Assembly (NCBI GenBank): GCA_965215125.1 | Contig: OZ244052.1 | Location: 1,834,068-1,898,067 of the forward strand | DNA from: an uncultured candidatus Porisulfidus sp. | GTDB lineage: Bacteria; Pseudomonadota; Gammaproteobacteria; Poriferisulfidales; Oxydemutatoraceae | Length of the DNA: 64,000 nt | Direction of reading: 5' to 3' | Shown: positions 21,128 through 33,394 of the stretch, one piece after another | How positions within the stretch are numbered: position 1 is the first letter of the stretch | Layout: every line of letters starts with the position of its first letter | Made by a program: the position numbers and the translations under genes | Notes under the pieces: model-generated | What the model saw: the letters and a program-made list of their open reading frames with translations, nothing else | Told to the model about the DNA's origin: nothing | The model's database searches: none

Positions 21128-21211
21128 ATTAGGTATTCGTTATAATGCTATATCACGATGTTTATATCAAAGTAGTAGAATCTGTATTCTTAAGTATTTA
21201 CTGTCAACATA

Positions 21212-22222
21212 ATGATTAGAATTATATGTAATCTTTGGCGTGGCTTTAGGGCCTTAATACTTGCTATTTATATATTTCACATCGCACTCCGAGAATTTTA
21301 TAACTATAGAAATTCGTATATAGGTGCCATTTTATCTCGGTTCAAGGAACCGGATGAACGATTTTCTTTCTTTCTTTTTATACGAGCCGTTATACCTTCT
21401 GCAATAGCAGCTTACCAAGGGTCTCTTAAAGTATTATCTGATAACCCGTCTCTATCGGTTCGATTTTATACGATAATCGGAGTGGCATGGTTTAGCGAAA
21501 AAATAGGTATCAATATCAAGGTGAGTTCTCCCGGTTTGGATCATCTCTTTGAAAACCTTGTATTGACACATTCACAGAAGTATCAATTTAGAGATAACAA
21601 ACAATTTAGGTCTAATGCTAAGATGCTATTGGAAATTTATGCAAAAACTGTGATTCCATCCGAATACGGTTACAAAGTGATCTCAAAGTTGGCAATTAAG
21701 GGGGAATTTTCTAGCCAAGCCGACGAGTGGGCTGGTAGCAATCTGCAAGGGGATTGGATAGCTGTTCACTACAGAGGATCCGATCGTAAAGTAGTAGTTA
21801 AACATAGATTGATAGAGAAAGAATCTTATATCGCTTATCTAAAAGAGGTTTTGGATGATCATTGTAATATCTTTGCTTGTTCCGATCAGGCGCAATTCAT
21901 TGATCAAATAAAAGGGGCATTCCCCGGTAGAGTTTTTTGCAGAGAGATTGTTCGATCTCAGGATGGTAGACCCTTACATATGGATACAGAATACTATGGT
22001 GCCGAACAAATGAAAGACGCACTAATGGATATCTTAATCCTATCAAAGGCGAAACTAATTTATACGACAGGGTCATGGTTTGTAGATGTAGTTAGATTTT
22101 TTAATCCATCGGTCAAAATTATTTCTTTATCAAGATGTAGTTATCACCGGAAAATTGACAACTTCATTTCAGTACCTAAAGCACATCTTATAAGCATAGA
22201 CAATAGAGAAAATACCGAATAA
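21212..22222 (+). CDS. Orphan glycosyltransferase, fucosyltransferase-like (GT11/GT23/GT65 superfamily), in an AT-rich segment
   Basis: H-x-R-x-x-D motif (AVHYRGSDRK; compare FUT8 HVRRTDK) and a C-terminal DILILSKAKLIYTTGSWF (compare FUT8 DIHILSQADFLVCTFSSQV). Clearly lower GC than neighbours; flanked by repeat modules on both sides; weak RBS. Confidence 0.45.
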   Translation: MIRIICNLWRGFRALILAIYIFHIALREFYNYRNSYIGAILSRFKEPDERFSFFLFIRAVIPSAIAAYQGSLKVLSDNPSLSVRFYTIIGVAWFSEKIGINIKVSSPGLDHLFENLVLTHSQKYQFRDNKQFRSNAKMLLEIYAKTVIPSEYGYKVISKLAIKGEFSSQADEWAGSNLQGDWIAVHYRGSDRKVVVKHRLIEKESYIAYLKEVLDDHCNIFACSDQAQFIDQIKGAFPGRVFCREIVRSQDGRPLHMDTEYYGAEQMKDALMDILILSKAKLIYTTGSWFVDVVRFFNPSVKIISLSRCSYHRKIDNFISVPKAHLISIDNRENTE

Positions 22223-22264
22223 TTTTAACTAAAATATCTATCTATTAAATTTACGGACACCATA

Positions 22265-22306
22265 ATTCCCCTCTGTGGGGGGGGCAGGCGTAGCCTGACG
22301 GGGTGG
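22265..22306. repeat. Repeat module R between the convergent glycosyltransferase and esterase genes
   Basis: ttcccctctgtggggggggcaggcgtagcctgacggggtgg. Confidence 0.75.
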
Positions 22307-22341
22307 TCGCTAAAGGTCGGCACGATTTTATTCCTCCCCTA

Positions 22342-23025
22342 CTACAAAATTTCGCTAAGCCAGCGTGTCCAAGCATCTAGCACGCGTCGGTCTATGCTGT
22401 GCGCCAGTTCGTCGAATACGTGCGACTGCACATGAAAGCCGGCATCTTCCAACAATTTCGGCATTGCGCTTACGGCTCTGTGCGGGATGATCGGGTCTAG
22501 GGTGCCGTGGGTTAATAACACCGGTGTGCCGCTATCGTCGGGTATCGGCTCTCCGCGCGGCAAATAACCCGACCACGAGAAAGCCCCGGCGAAGTGCTTC
22601 GTTTCGTTGAATAGACTATACATTGCAAGTGCGCCGCCTTGTGAAAAACCTCCGACGATGATTTTATCTTCGGGCACTCCGTCGGCGATCAATTCATCGA
22701 CCAATTGCCTGATTAGTTTTAAGGATTTCTCCAGACCCACTTTGTCCTCTTGCGGCTGAGCGTCTTCCAATGCAATGATATCAAACCATGCCGGCATTTT
22801 CATTCCACCGTTCAATGTCACCGGTTGTATCGGTGCCTGTGGTATGAAGAAAGAAATTCGGTCCTTATCGGGCAGAGAGACCATAGAAAGACCGGCAGCG
22901 AGGTCGTCGGCGGACGCACCCAAGCCGTGCAACAGAATGATGCCGCCGATAGCGTTCTGCTTGGCAGGTTTTTTAATGCCTTGCCAATTTCCTTTGGGGT
23001 TTGTAGGGTTCAATGTTTGTGTCAT
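22342..23025 (-). CDS. Phospholipase/carboxylesterase-family alpha/beta hydrolase
   Basis: GFSQGG nucleophile elbow and ILLHGLG. The internal ATG (MTQTLNP…) with an AAGGA Shine-Dalgarno is the probable start rather than 23052. Confidence 0.8.
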   Translation of the reverse strand: MTQTLNPTNPKGNWQGIKKPAKQNAIGGIILLHGLGASADDLAAGLSMVSLPDKDRISFFIPQAPIQPVTLNGGMKMPAWFDIIALEDAQPQEDKVGLEKSLKLIRQLVDELIADGVPEDKIIVGGFSQGGALAMYSLFNETKHFAGAFSWSGYLPRGEPIPDDSGTPVLLTHGTLDPIIPHRAVSAMPKLLEDAGFHVQSHVFDELAHSIDRRVLDAWTRWLSEIL

Positions 23026-23051
23026 AACTAAGTCCTTTATATGTTCATTCA

Positions 23052-26000
23052 TTATCGAGGTTCACCGAATCCACCGCCACCGGGTGTTGCAATGATTAGG
23101 GTGTCGCCGGCCCGCATCGCAACGGTGGTGTTTGCCGCTAATAGCTCCATGCTCCCGTCTTTGCGCCGTACACTATTTTGTCCGCATAATCCGGGTTTGC
23201 CTCCGTTTAGTCCGAAAGGTGCTATTGTACGATGACTCGACAATATCGACGCACTCATGGCTTCTAAAAAAGTTATTTTGCGAACGACACCGTCGCCGCC
23301 ACGATATCTGCCGTCGCCGCCGCTACCGATACGGATACCGAAGTTTTCTAACAATACCGGGAACCGTGATTCTAGAATTTCGGGGTCGGTGAGTCTGGAA
23401 TTCGTCATATGGGTGTGAACCGCACTCGCACCGTCAAAGCTCGCGCCGGCACCGGCACCACCGCACAATGTTTCGTAATATTGGTATTGTTGGTTACCGA
23501 AACTCAGATTGTTCATCGTGCCTTGCGAGGCGGCGAGGATGCCCATCGCACCGTACAGTGCGTTGACAATTGCTTGCGAGGTTTCAACATTACCGGCGAC
23601 GACCGCAGACGGATAGTTCGGGTTCAGCAGGCTATCTTCGGGGATAACGAGTTGTATGGGTTTTAGGCAACCCTCGTTTAGCGGTATGTCGGCGTTGGTC
23701 AAGGTGCGAAAAACATATAATACCGCTGCCCGAGCGACCGCAGCCGGCGCATGGAAATTAGTATCGGTTTGCCCGGATGTGCCGGTAAAATCGACGATTG
23801 CCGATCGTTTATCCTCGGCAATGGAAATTTGAACCTTGATGACGGCATCGTGTTCCAAAGGATAGACGAATTGTCCACCATGCAAAGTTTTTAGCGCATC
23901 GCGCACCGCAACCTCGGCGTTATCCTGTATATATCGCATATACGAGCAAACCGTTTTTAGACCGAAATCGTCTATCATGTTTTTGAGTTCGCTAACACCT
24001 TTTCGGTTTGCCGCAATCTGTGCCTTCAAGTCGTCTATATTAGTGTCTATATCGCGTGCCGGCCAAGCAGTGCTTGCCAGTATCTCCCGAAGTGCCCGTT
24101 CATCAAAATAACCGTTGCGTACCGCTAAAAAGCAATCTATCAAAACACCTTCTTCCTCTATGTGATGGCTGTTCGGTGGCATAGAACCCGGTGTGGTGCC
24201 ACCTATGTCGGCATGATGTCCGCGGCAAGCGACATAGAATAACGGCTTTGTGTTATCGGGAGTGATGTTTTGTTGATAGAACACCGGCGTGATAACGGTG
24301 ATATCGGGCAGATGTGTGCCGCCTTGATAGGGGCTGTTCAAGACATAGGCATCGCCGTCTTGCATCGTTGCCCGGCATTGTTTGATGACCGCACGCACCG
24401 TCTCCCCCATAGAACCTAAATGCACCGGCACATGCGGTGCATTTGCTACCAAACCACCGTCCTGATCGAATATCGCACAAGAAAAATCCAGCCGCTCTTT
24501 GATATTAACCGAGTGTGCGGTGTTTGCAAGCGTGATACCCATTTGTTCGGCGATGGACATATAAAGGTGATTGAAAATTTCGAGCTTTACCGGATTCGGT
24601 TTAGCCATATCATCTTTGCTTAAACTTGGTGAATGTTTGCTCAACGATTTTTGTTTTTTAAGCAATAGATTATTTTGGCCGGTAATTTCCACTTGCCATT
24701 GTGGTTCTACTACGATGGTCTGGGTTTGTTCTACGATCAGGGCAGGCCCCTTTATAGATTGATTGAGAGATAGTGTGCTGCGTTCGTATAGTGTAGCTTC
24801 CTGCAGACCGTCGCTCGTATGAAAATCGATTTGCACCGGTTTTATTTCCTTTGTTGGATGATCTGCCGAAGCGGTGTGCGATTTTACCTCGCCGCTCATT
24901 GTGGTAATTGCTTCTACCGATAGGCTGGCGATAATAAGCGGGGTCTCGGGTAATATAAAACCGAATCTTTGTCGATGCAGTGCTTCAAATGCCGTACGTA
25001 AATTGTCATGCCGATTGAAATCAAGTTCTAAGCTAAAGTCGCTGCCTTGATAGCGGATGTGAATACGCCTAATAATACGGACCGGATTTGAGTCGGTGTT
25101 GTGTGCGGTGATTTCAGTTTTAGCTTGTGTTTCCAGTGTCTGCCATATAGGATCCAATGCTGCGCTGTCGGCTTCCGCTATCGGTCGTTCAACGCTGCAG
25201 GTGCGCAGTGCGCTTGAGTTGGCAAGTCCTATGCCGTAGGCGGATAGCACGCTTGCAAGCGGATGTATCAATATCTGCTTGATGCCCAATAGGTCGGCAA
25301 CACGACACGCGTGCTGTCCGCCGGCACCTCCGAAGCAACACAAGGTATAGCGGCGTATGTCATGCCCGCGCTGCACCGATATTTTTTTTATCGCTTGTGC
25401 CATATTGTTGACCGCAACCGAAAGAAAGTCCGATGCGACCTCGGTGTAAGTGCGGTGTTCGTCGTCGGCAGCGTTGATCCTTTCGGTTAGGGCTAGAAAT
25501 TTTTTCAAAACGATGTCCAAATCCAAACTTTGTTTTCCGTCGTTGCCGAACAAAGACGGGAAATAATCGGCTTGTATGCGACCTAAAATCAGGTTGCAAT
25601 CGGTTACGGTTAGAGGACCACCTTTGCGATAACACGCAGGTCCCGGGTCGGCTCCTGCCGACTCCGGCCCCACTTGATAACGCCCGTTGCGAAACTGGAT
25701 AATAGAGCCGCCGCCCGCTGCGATTGTATGTATGTTCAACATCGGTGCTTGCAAATGGATGCCGGCAACTTGACTATCAAAAGTGCGCTCGTAGTGTCCC
25801 GAGTAGTGCGAGACATCGGTTGAAGTGCCACCCATATCAAAGCCGATGATACGCTTACATCCCGATTGCAAGCCGGTTTCCACCGCACCGACGATACCGC
25901 CGGCGGGACCCGACAATAAGCTATTCACGGCTCTAAAGTTATTGGCATCGCTCAGCCCGCCGCTTGACTGCATGAATGAAATTTTCACGCCCGGCAGTGC

Positions 26001-26753
26001 CTCGGATATGCGGCGCACATAGCGTAGCAATACCGGCGATAGATACGCATCAACTACGGTCGTGCCGCCGCGTCCGACGAACTTTATCATCGGACTCACC
26101 TCGTGCGATGCCGAGATTTGTGTGTATCCTATTTGTTCGGCGATTTCGCACAAGATTTTCTCGTGAGACGGGTATTTATAGCTGTGCATCAAACAGATAG
26201 CACAAGTGCGTATGCCGTCGCGATATGCCGATTCGAGCAGGTGCTTTGCCGCCGCCGTATCAACTTCGGTCAGCACATTGCCGTTTGCATCTACACGCTC
26301 GTCTATTTCTACGACGCGTTCGTAAAGCGGATCGGGCAGTTTGATATGGAGTGCAAATAATTCGGGGCGCGCCTGATAAGCGATGCGTAATACATCGGCG
26401 AAGCCTCGGTTGACGAGTAGCACGGTTCGATCGCCTTTGCGTTCCAACAATGCATTGGTTGCCACGGTTGTACCCATGCGCACCGCGGCAATCCGTTCGC
26501 CGGGTATGGGTGCGTCGGGAACCCCTAACACATCCCTGATACCTTGCAAAGCCGCATCGGAATAGTGCTGCGGGTTTTCCGAAAGCAGTTTATGGACGAT
26601 TAATTCACCGTCGGTATTTTTTGCAACGATGTCGGTAAAAGTGCCGCCTCTATCAATCCAAAAATGCCATTTACTATTCCTCTCCTGTGGAGGGGTGTCA
26701 GGCGCAGCCTGACGGGATGGTTGTGTAATCGTCTGCACCAGTCTATTCCCCAT
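23052..26753 (-). CDS. Fused hydantoinase A/B-type 5-oxoprolinase (ATP-hydrolysing) / N-methylhydantoinase
   Basis: 1233 aa. HyuA N-terminus [18 protein letters not shown]; C-terminal HyuB half. The 5' 27 codons overlap repeat module R (see findings). Confidence 0.9.
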   Translation of the reverse strand: MGNRLVQTITQPSRQAAPDTPPQERNSKWHFWIDRGGTFTDIVAKNTDGELIVHKLLSENPQHYSDAALQGIRDVLGVPDAPIPGERIAAVRMGTTVATNALLERKGDRTVLLVNRGFADVLRIAYQARPELFALHIKLPDPLYERVVEIDERVDANGNVLTEVDTAAAKHLLESAYRDGIRTCAICLMHSYKYPSHEKILCEIAEQIGYTQISASHEVSPMIKFVGRGGTTVVDAYLSPVLLRYVRRISEALPGVKISFMQSSGGLSDANNFRAVNSLLSGPAGGIVGAVETGLQSGCKRIIGFDMGGTSTDVSHYSGHYERTFDSQVAGIHLQAPMLNIHTIAAGGGSIIQFRNGRYQVGPESAGADPGPACYRKGGPLTVTDCNLILGRIQADYFPSLFGNDGKQSLDLDIVLKKFLALTERINAADDEHRTYTEVASDFLSVAVNNMAQAIKKISVQRGHDIRRYTLCCFGGAGGQHACRVADLLGIKQILIHPLASVLSAYGIGLANSSALRTCSVERPIAEADSAALDPIWQTLETQAKTEITAHNTDSNPVRIIRRIHIRYQGSDFSLELDFNRHDNLRTAFEALHRQRFGFILPETPLIIASLSVEAITTMSGEVKSHTASADHPTKEIKPVQIDFHTSDGLQEATLYERSTLSLNQSIKGPALIVEQTQTIVVEPQWQVEITGQNNLLLKKQKSLSKHSPSLSKDDMAKPNPVKLEIFNHLYMSIAEQMGITLANTAHSVNIKERLDFSCAIFDQDGGLVANAPHVPVHLGSMGETVRAVIKQCRATMQDGDAYVLNSPYQGGTHLPDITVITPVFYQQNITPDNTKPLFYVACRGHHADIGGTTPGSMPPNSHHIEEEGVLIDCFLAVRNGYFDERALREILASTAWPARDIDTNIDDLKAQIAANRKGVSELKNMIDDFGLKTVCSYMRYIQDNAEVAVRDALKTLHGGQFVYPLEHDAVIKVQISIAEDKRSAIVDFTGTSGQTDTNFHAPAAVARAAVLYVFRTLTNADIPLNEGCLKPIQLVIPEDSLLNPNYPSAVVAGNVETSQAIVNALYGAMGILAASQGTMNNLSFGNQQYQYYETLCGGAGAGASFDGASAVHTHMTNSRLTDPEILESRFPVLLENFGIRIGSGGDGRYRGGDGVVRKITFLEAMSASILSSHRTIAPFGLNGGKPGLCGQNSVRRKDGSMELLAANTTVAMRAGDTLIIATPGGGGFGEPR

Positions 26754-26785
26754 TCGTTAAGGTTCTGCACAATGTTACGCCACCT
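26686..26785. repeat. Repeat module R plus a partial Q module, overlapping the oxoprolinase 5' end and abutting the argH 3' end
   Basis: ttcctctcctgtggaggggtgtcaggcgcagcctgacgggatgg … ggttctgcacaatgttacgcc. Confidence 0.75.
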
Positions 26786-26795
26786 GCGCTATCGC

Positions 26796-28208
26796 TTAAT
26801 CGGGAAGTTTTTTTGCAAGATACGCACGGGCATTCGCAATTTGTTGCCGAACACCTGCGCTACCGCCGTGGGTGCGTTTATTCTGCAATGCGGTTTTAGG
26901 GTTCAACACCTTAAATGCGCTACTATCCAATGCCGAATGTAAGGCTTGCAATTTTTCTACGGGAAGTGCATCTAGGGAACAATCCTCCTGTATTGCGAGC
27001 TTGACCGCTTGCCCGACTATTCGGTGCGCATCCCGAAACGGAACTTGCTTGCCGACCAAATAGTCTGCTAAATCGGTTGCCGTAGAGAATCCACTCTGTG
27101 CCGCCTTGAGCATGTTCTCACGATTCACCTTGAGTGCCGGTATTATCTCGGCGAGAATCAAAACCGACGGCAAGGTTGCATCGAGCGCATCGTAGACGCA
27201 TGCTTTGTCCTCTTGATTATCTCGGTTATACGCCAAAGGCTGTGCTTTCATCAATACCAGCAATGCCGTCAACGCACCGGTCGTACGACTACTCTTGCCG
27301 CGTATCAGTTCGGCTATATCGGGATTTTTCTTTTGTGGCATGATCGACGAACCCGTACAATGGCGATCCGCCAAAGTGATAAAATCAAATTGTTGCGACG
27401 ACCACAATATCAGCTCTTCGCAGACGCGTGATAGATGCGACATCAACAACGCACAACACGAGCAGAACTCTATCGCAAAGTCGCGATCCGAGACCGCATC
27501 CAAAGAATTATCCGAGATCGCTTCAAAACCGAGTAATTCGGCTGCGTAGAGTCTATCCAAATCATAGCTGGTTCCGGCACAAGCAGCACTTCCCAAAGAC
27601 AACACATTGACGCGACGACGCGCATCGTGCAAGCGAGCGGTGTCGCGCTTCAACATTTCAAACCACGCCAATAGATGATGTCCGAAACTAACCGGTTGAG
27701 CAACTTGCAAATGCGTATACGCCGGCATCACGGTTTCCGCCTCGTTCTCGGCAAGGTCGACCAGACTTTGCTGAAGTTTATCCGTTGCTTCCAGCAACAG
27801 GTCTATTTGACCGCGTAAATAAAGTCTAAAGTCTGTTGCTATCTGATCGTTTCTGGAACGCCCGGTGTGCAATTTCTTTCCGACTTCGCCCAGACGCTCG
27901 GTCAAACAAGCCTCTATATTCGTATGTATATCCTCAAGCGAGACATCCCAATTAAAGCGGTCTTCCGCTATTTCCTCTCTAATTTGATACAAACCCGAAA
28001 TCAGAGACTCTGCCTCTTGGTCGGTCAACACCTGCGCCTTGAGTAGCACCTTGACATGTGCCACCGAGGCTTCTATATCCTCGACATAAAAACGTTTGTC
28101 GTGTTCCAGCGAGGCGGTGAAAAGCTCAACCTGCCGTTCAGTCGATTCTGAGAACCGTCCACCCCATAATTTGTCTTTTGTTTGTTTTTCACTCATCGCA
28201 CTATTCAA
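26796..28208 (-). CDS. argH: Argininosuccinate lyase
   Basis: GRFSESTERQVELFTASLEHDKRF…; fumarate-lyase signature GSSIMPQKKNPD. Confidence 0.95.
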   Translation of the reverse strand: MNSAMSEKQTKDKLWGGRFSESTERQVELFTASLEHDKRFYVEDIEASVAHVKVLLKAQVLTDQEAESLISGLYQIREEIAEDRFNWDVSLEDIHTNIEACLTERLGEVGKKLHTGRSRNDQIATDFRLYLRGQIDLLLEATDKLQQSLVDLAENEAETVMPAYTHLQVAQPVSFGHHLLAWFEMLKRDTARLHDARRRVNVLSLGSAACAGTSYDLDRLYAAELLGFEAISDNSLDAVSDRDFAIEFCSCCALLMSHLSRVCEELILWSSQQFDFITLADRHCTGSSIMPQKKNPDIAELIRGKSSRTTGALTALLVLMKAQPLAYNRDNQEDKACVYDALDATLPSVLILAEIIPALKVNRENMLKAAQSGFSTATDLADYLVGKQVPFRDAHRIVGQAVKLAIQEDCSLDALPVEKLQALHSALDSSAFKVLNPKTALQNKRTHGGSAGVRQQIANARAYLAKKLPD

Positions 28209-28344
28209 TGTTTAATCATCGGATTATAAACTAACATCTGCCGTGTTTGACTACAAATATTTCGGGTATCCCGACGGTGGTTAATCATTGCATGATATCG
28301 CCGTAGCTTTATACTAAGATACTCCTATATAACCCTAAATTATT

Positions 28345-28908
28345 ATGCTAGTGAATTTACACGAACAACTAAACGGTGCCTGCGAGCTGATTAAAAGCGG
28401 CGGTGTCGTTGCGTATCCGACCGAAGCGGTATTCGGTTTGGGCTGCGACCCTATGAACGAACATGCCGTACGACGTTTATCGGAGATTAAAAAGCGACCG
28501 CAAAACAAAAGCTACATTCTAATCGCCGATAACTTTGCCCGATTGCATCCTTTTTGCGCGACTATAGACGACTCACGATGGCAACAGGTTAAACGGGATT
28601 GGCCGGGACCGTATACTTGGGTGTTTCCGGCAACCGAATTATGCCCTTGTTGGCTCTGCGATAAAGAAATAGGTATCGCAGTTCGGGTGACCGCGCACCC
28701 TGTTGCGGCTGCATTATGCAGTCTTTGTGGACACGCCCTAGTTTCTACGAGTGCCAATCTCAGCGGTGAACCACCCGCTAAAACATGGCAAGAAGTAAAG
28801 GCGACATTCAACGATACGGTTGATTATATCGTTTGTGCCGATGTCTCCGACCCGACCGGAAAACCTACGGTTATTCACAATGCGACGAGCGGCGAGAGAA
28901 TCAGATAA
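28345..28908 (+). CDS. tsaC: L-threonylcarbamoyladenylate synthase (YrdC/TsaC family)
   Basis: GGVVAYPTEAVFGLGCDP; about 187 aa. Confidence 0.85.
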   Translation: MLVNLHEQLNGACELIKSGGVVAYPTEAVFGLGCDPMNEHAVRRLSEIKKRPQNKSYILIADNFARLHPFCATIDDSRWQQVKRDWPGPYTWVFPATELCPCWLCDKEIGIAVRVTAHPVAAALCSLCGHALVSTSANLSGEPPAKTWQEVKATFNDTVDYIVCADVSDPTGKPTVIHNATSGERIR

Positions 28909-28923
28909 TGATTGTATGTAACA

Positions 28924-29045
28924 TTCCCCTCCTATGGAGGGGTGGCAGGCTTCGCCTGACGGGGTGGTTTATTCCCCTCCTGTGGAGGGGCGGCAGGTGC
29001 AACAGAACCCCCGATTGAACCAGTTGAGTAAATGGCAGTTCTATT
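28924..29045. repeat. Two tandem R modules plus a degenerate Q-like module
   Basis: ttcccctcctatggaggggtggcaggcttcgcctgacggggtgg, then ttcccctcctgtggaggggcggcaggtgc, then …ccgattgaaccagttgagtaaatggcagttctatt. Confidence 0.75.
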
Positions 29046-29082
29046 TCCAATAACTCCTTTATATACCTTATAATCTATTAGC

Positions 29083-31824
<2,742 letters not shown>

Positions 31825-31832
31825 AGGCAGTT

Positions 31833-32000
31833 ATTCCCCTCCTGTGGAGGGGTGGCCTATGCATTTTGCAATGCATGCGTTTAGCAGTCATGTTGAGGTT
31901 CTGAACAAAGTCACGCCGATTGACCTACTGGTTCAATCGGCGGTTCTATTCAGCCTGACGGGGTGGTTGCAGCGTATCTGCACCATTCCAATCGCTACCC
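31833..32000. repeat. Nested composite repeat: R 5' half, then S (tgcattttgcaatgca palindrome), then Q, then R 3' half
   Basis: ttcccctcctgtggaggggtgg | cctatgcattttgcaatgcatgcgtttagcagtcatgttga | ggttctgaacaaagtcacgccgattgacctactggttcaatcggcggttctatt | cagcctgacggggtgg. Confidence 0.8.
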
Positions 32001-32063
32001 ACCGATATAGCAAGTGATGCGACTTTCTGCTACGATAGCCGTTTATACCGAACAGGAGAAGCA

Positions 32064-32497
32064 ATGAAAGAAGTTATAGATAAGGAATTATTCGGATGGG
32101 TCCCGCTCTACGAAGGGATAGCCGACCCTTTTAGAGGTCGTCGGAGAAGAGCCATCGACGGAACCGAAGCCAAAGAAAGATGAGTAGACATCTTTTTGGG
32201 GGAAAGTTTATTAAGAAGCTACGCGCTTCTAATCCTAGACTTAAACCGGACGAGAGCCGGACCGACAAGGCGACTATTCGTAACTGATCTAACGGCTATT
32301 ACAGCTGGGAGCTTCTCTCCGATGGCGATAGCTACGAGGAATATCTTAAAAAGGGCGGAAGGGATAAGGATCTTCTTTGGGACTATAACCACGGCTTTAT
32401 AGCTTTAAGCGATACGAGAGAAGAAGCTTTAGCTAAAGCTCTTTCGCCGACGCAAGCCGAAGCGGAAGCCGAATATAAGCCCGATGATCTGTCCGGT
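32064..32497 (+). pseudogene. mcrB: Disrupted 5' portion of mcrB: the N-terminal DNA-binding-domain region is interrupted by one frameshift (~32135-32183) and an in-frame TGA (32285-32287)
   Basis: Good RBS (AGGAGA) before ATG 32064. Frame 0 reads MKEVIDKELFGWVPLYEGIADPFRGRRRRAIDGTEAKER*. The reading frame then shifts and continues …SRHLFGGKFIKKLRASNPRLKPDESRTDKATIRN*. It resumes in the same frame with SNGYYSWELLSDGDSYEEYLKKGG…, which runs straight into the GTPase domain. Confidence 0.5.
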
Positions 32498-33394
32498 TTG
32501 AGCGGACCCTACGGGGTTGGCGACATCGTTGAAGACGGTTGCTTTATGACTCGTGAAGAATTGGAAAACATTCTCGGACGGCTACGAAGCAAAAAAAACA
32601 TCGTTCTACAAGGTCCTCCCGGCACGGGGAAAACTTGGCTAGCCAAACGGTTGGCGTATGCTTTGATGGGAGTCCAAGATAGCGATAAATTAAAAGCCAT
32701 ACAATTTCATTCAAACATATCTTACGAAGATTTTGTTATCGGATACCGCCCTTCAGAGGAAAAAGATTTAAAGCTTAAGGACGGTCTATTTCTGGAGATG
32801 ATACGCAAAGCCGAGAATGACGACAAAAATAAATATGTTGTCGTGATAGAAGAAATCAACAGAGGGAATCCTGCCCGGGTATTCGGAGAAATGTTAACCC
32901 TTTTGGAAGCTGATAAAAGAAAAGCGGGGGAAGCATTGCAACTGATTTATGGTGAGGAAAAGGTGTTTGTACCACCCAATCTTTTCGTTATCGGCACCAT
33001 GAACATTGCCGATCGCTCGTTGGCATTGGTTGATTTTGCGCTGCGTCGCAGGTTTGCTTTTATAGATTTGCAACCTAATTTTGGAGATAAATGGAAAAAC
33101 TGGGTTCATGCGGAAAGACATATCCCCGAAGAATTTTTGGAAAAAATAGGACAGCGAATGAGAGAACTAAACGACACAATCGCAGATAGCTCCGGTTTGG
33201 GTGAACAATTTAAGATAGGGCATAGTTATTTGATACCGACCGGCAATACGATAGAAGCGGACTATAAAGGGAGTCATACGGCGTGGTATAGAGAGGTGAT
33301 AAAAACCGAGATAGAACCGTTGCTCAGAGAATATTGGTTTGATACACCGGAGACTGCCAAGAAGGAGGCGGAAAAACTTAGCGAAGGGATTTAG
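32498..33394 (+). CDS. mcrB: McrB AAA+ GTPase domain (5-methylcytosine-specific restriction enzyme subunit B). Intact frame from 32288; ORF track uses TTG 32498
   Basis: Aligns with E. coli McrB: NIVLQGPPGTGKTWLAKRLAYAL (compare NIILQGPPGVGKTFVARRLAYLL), VVIEEINRGNPARVFGEMLTLLE, FVIGTMNIADRSLALVDFALRRRFAFIDL. Confidence 0.85.
   Translation: MSGPYGVGDIVEDGCFMTREELENILGRLRSKKNIVLQGPPGTGKTWLAKRLAYALMGVQDSDKLKAIQFHSNISYEDFVIGYRPSEEKDLKLKDGLFLEMIRKAENDDKNKYVVVIEEINRGNPARVFGEMLTLLEADKRKAGEALQLIYGEEKVFVPPNLFVIGTMNIADRSLALVDFALRRRFAFIDLQPNFGDKWKNWVHAERHIPEEFLEKIGQRMRELNDTIADSSGLGEQFKIGHSYLIPTGNTIEADYKGSHTAWYREVIKTEIEPLLREYWFDTPETAKKEAEKLSEGI

Noticed and set aside
22750-23095. ORFs antisense to the esterase gene (22750-23031, 22775-23095)
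   Set aside because: Within a well-supported alpha/beta hydrolase gene; no signals
28833-29018. 61-aa ORF (MCRCLRPDRK…IPLLWRGGRL…) downstream of tsaC
   Set aside because: It is encoded entirely by tandem R repeat modules (the translated 'IPLLWRGG' recurs wherever R occurs); a repeat artefact
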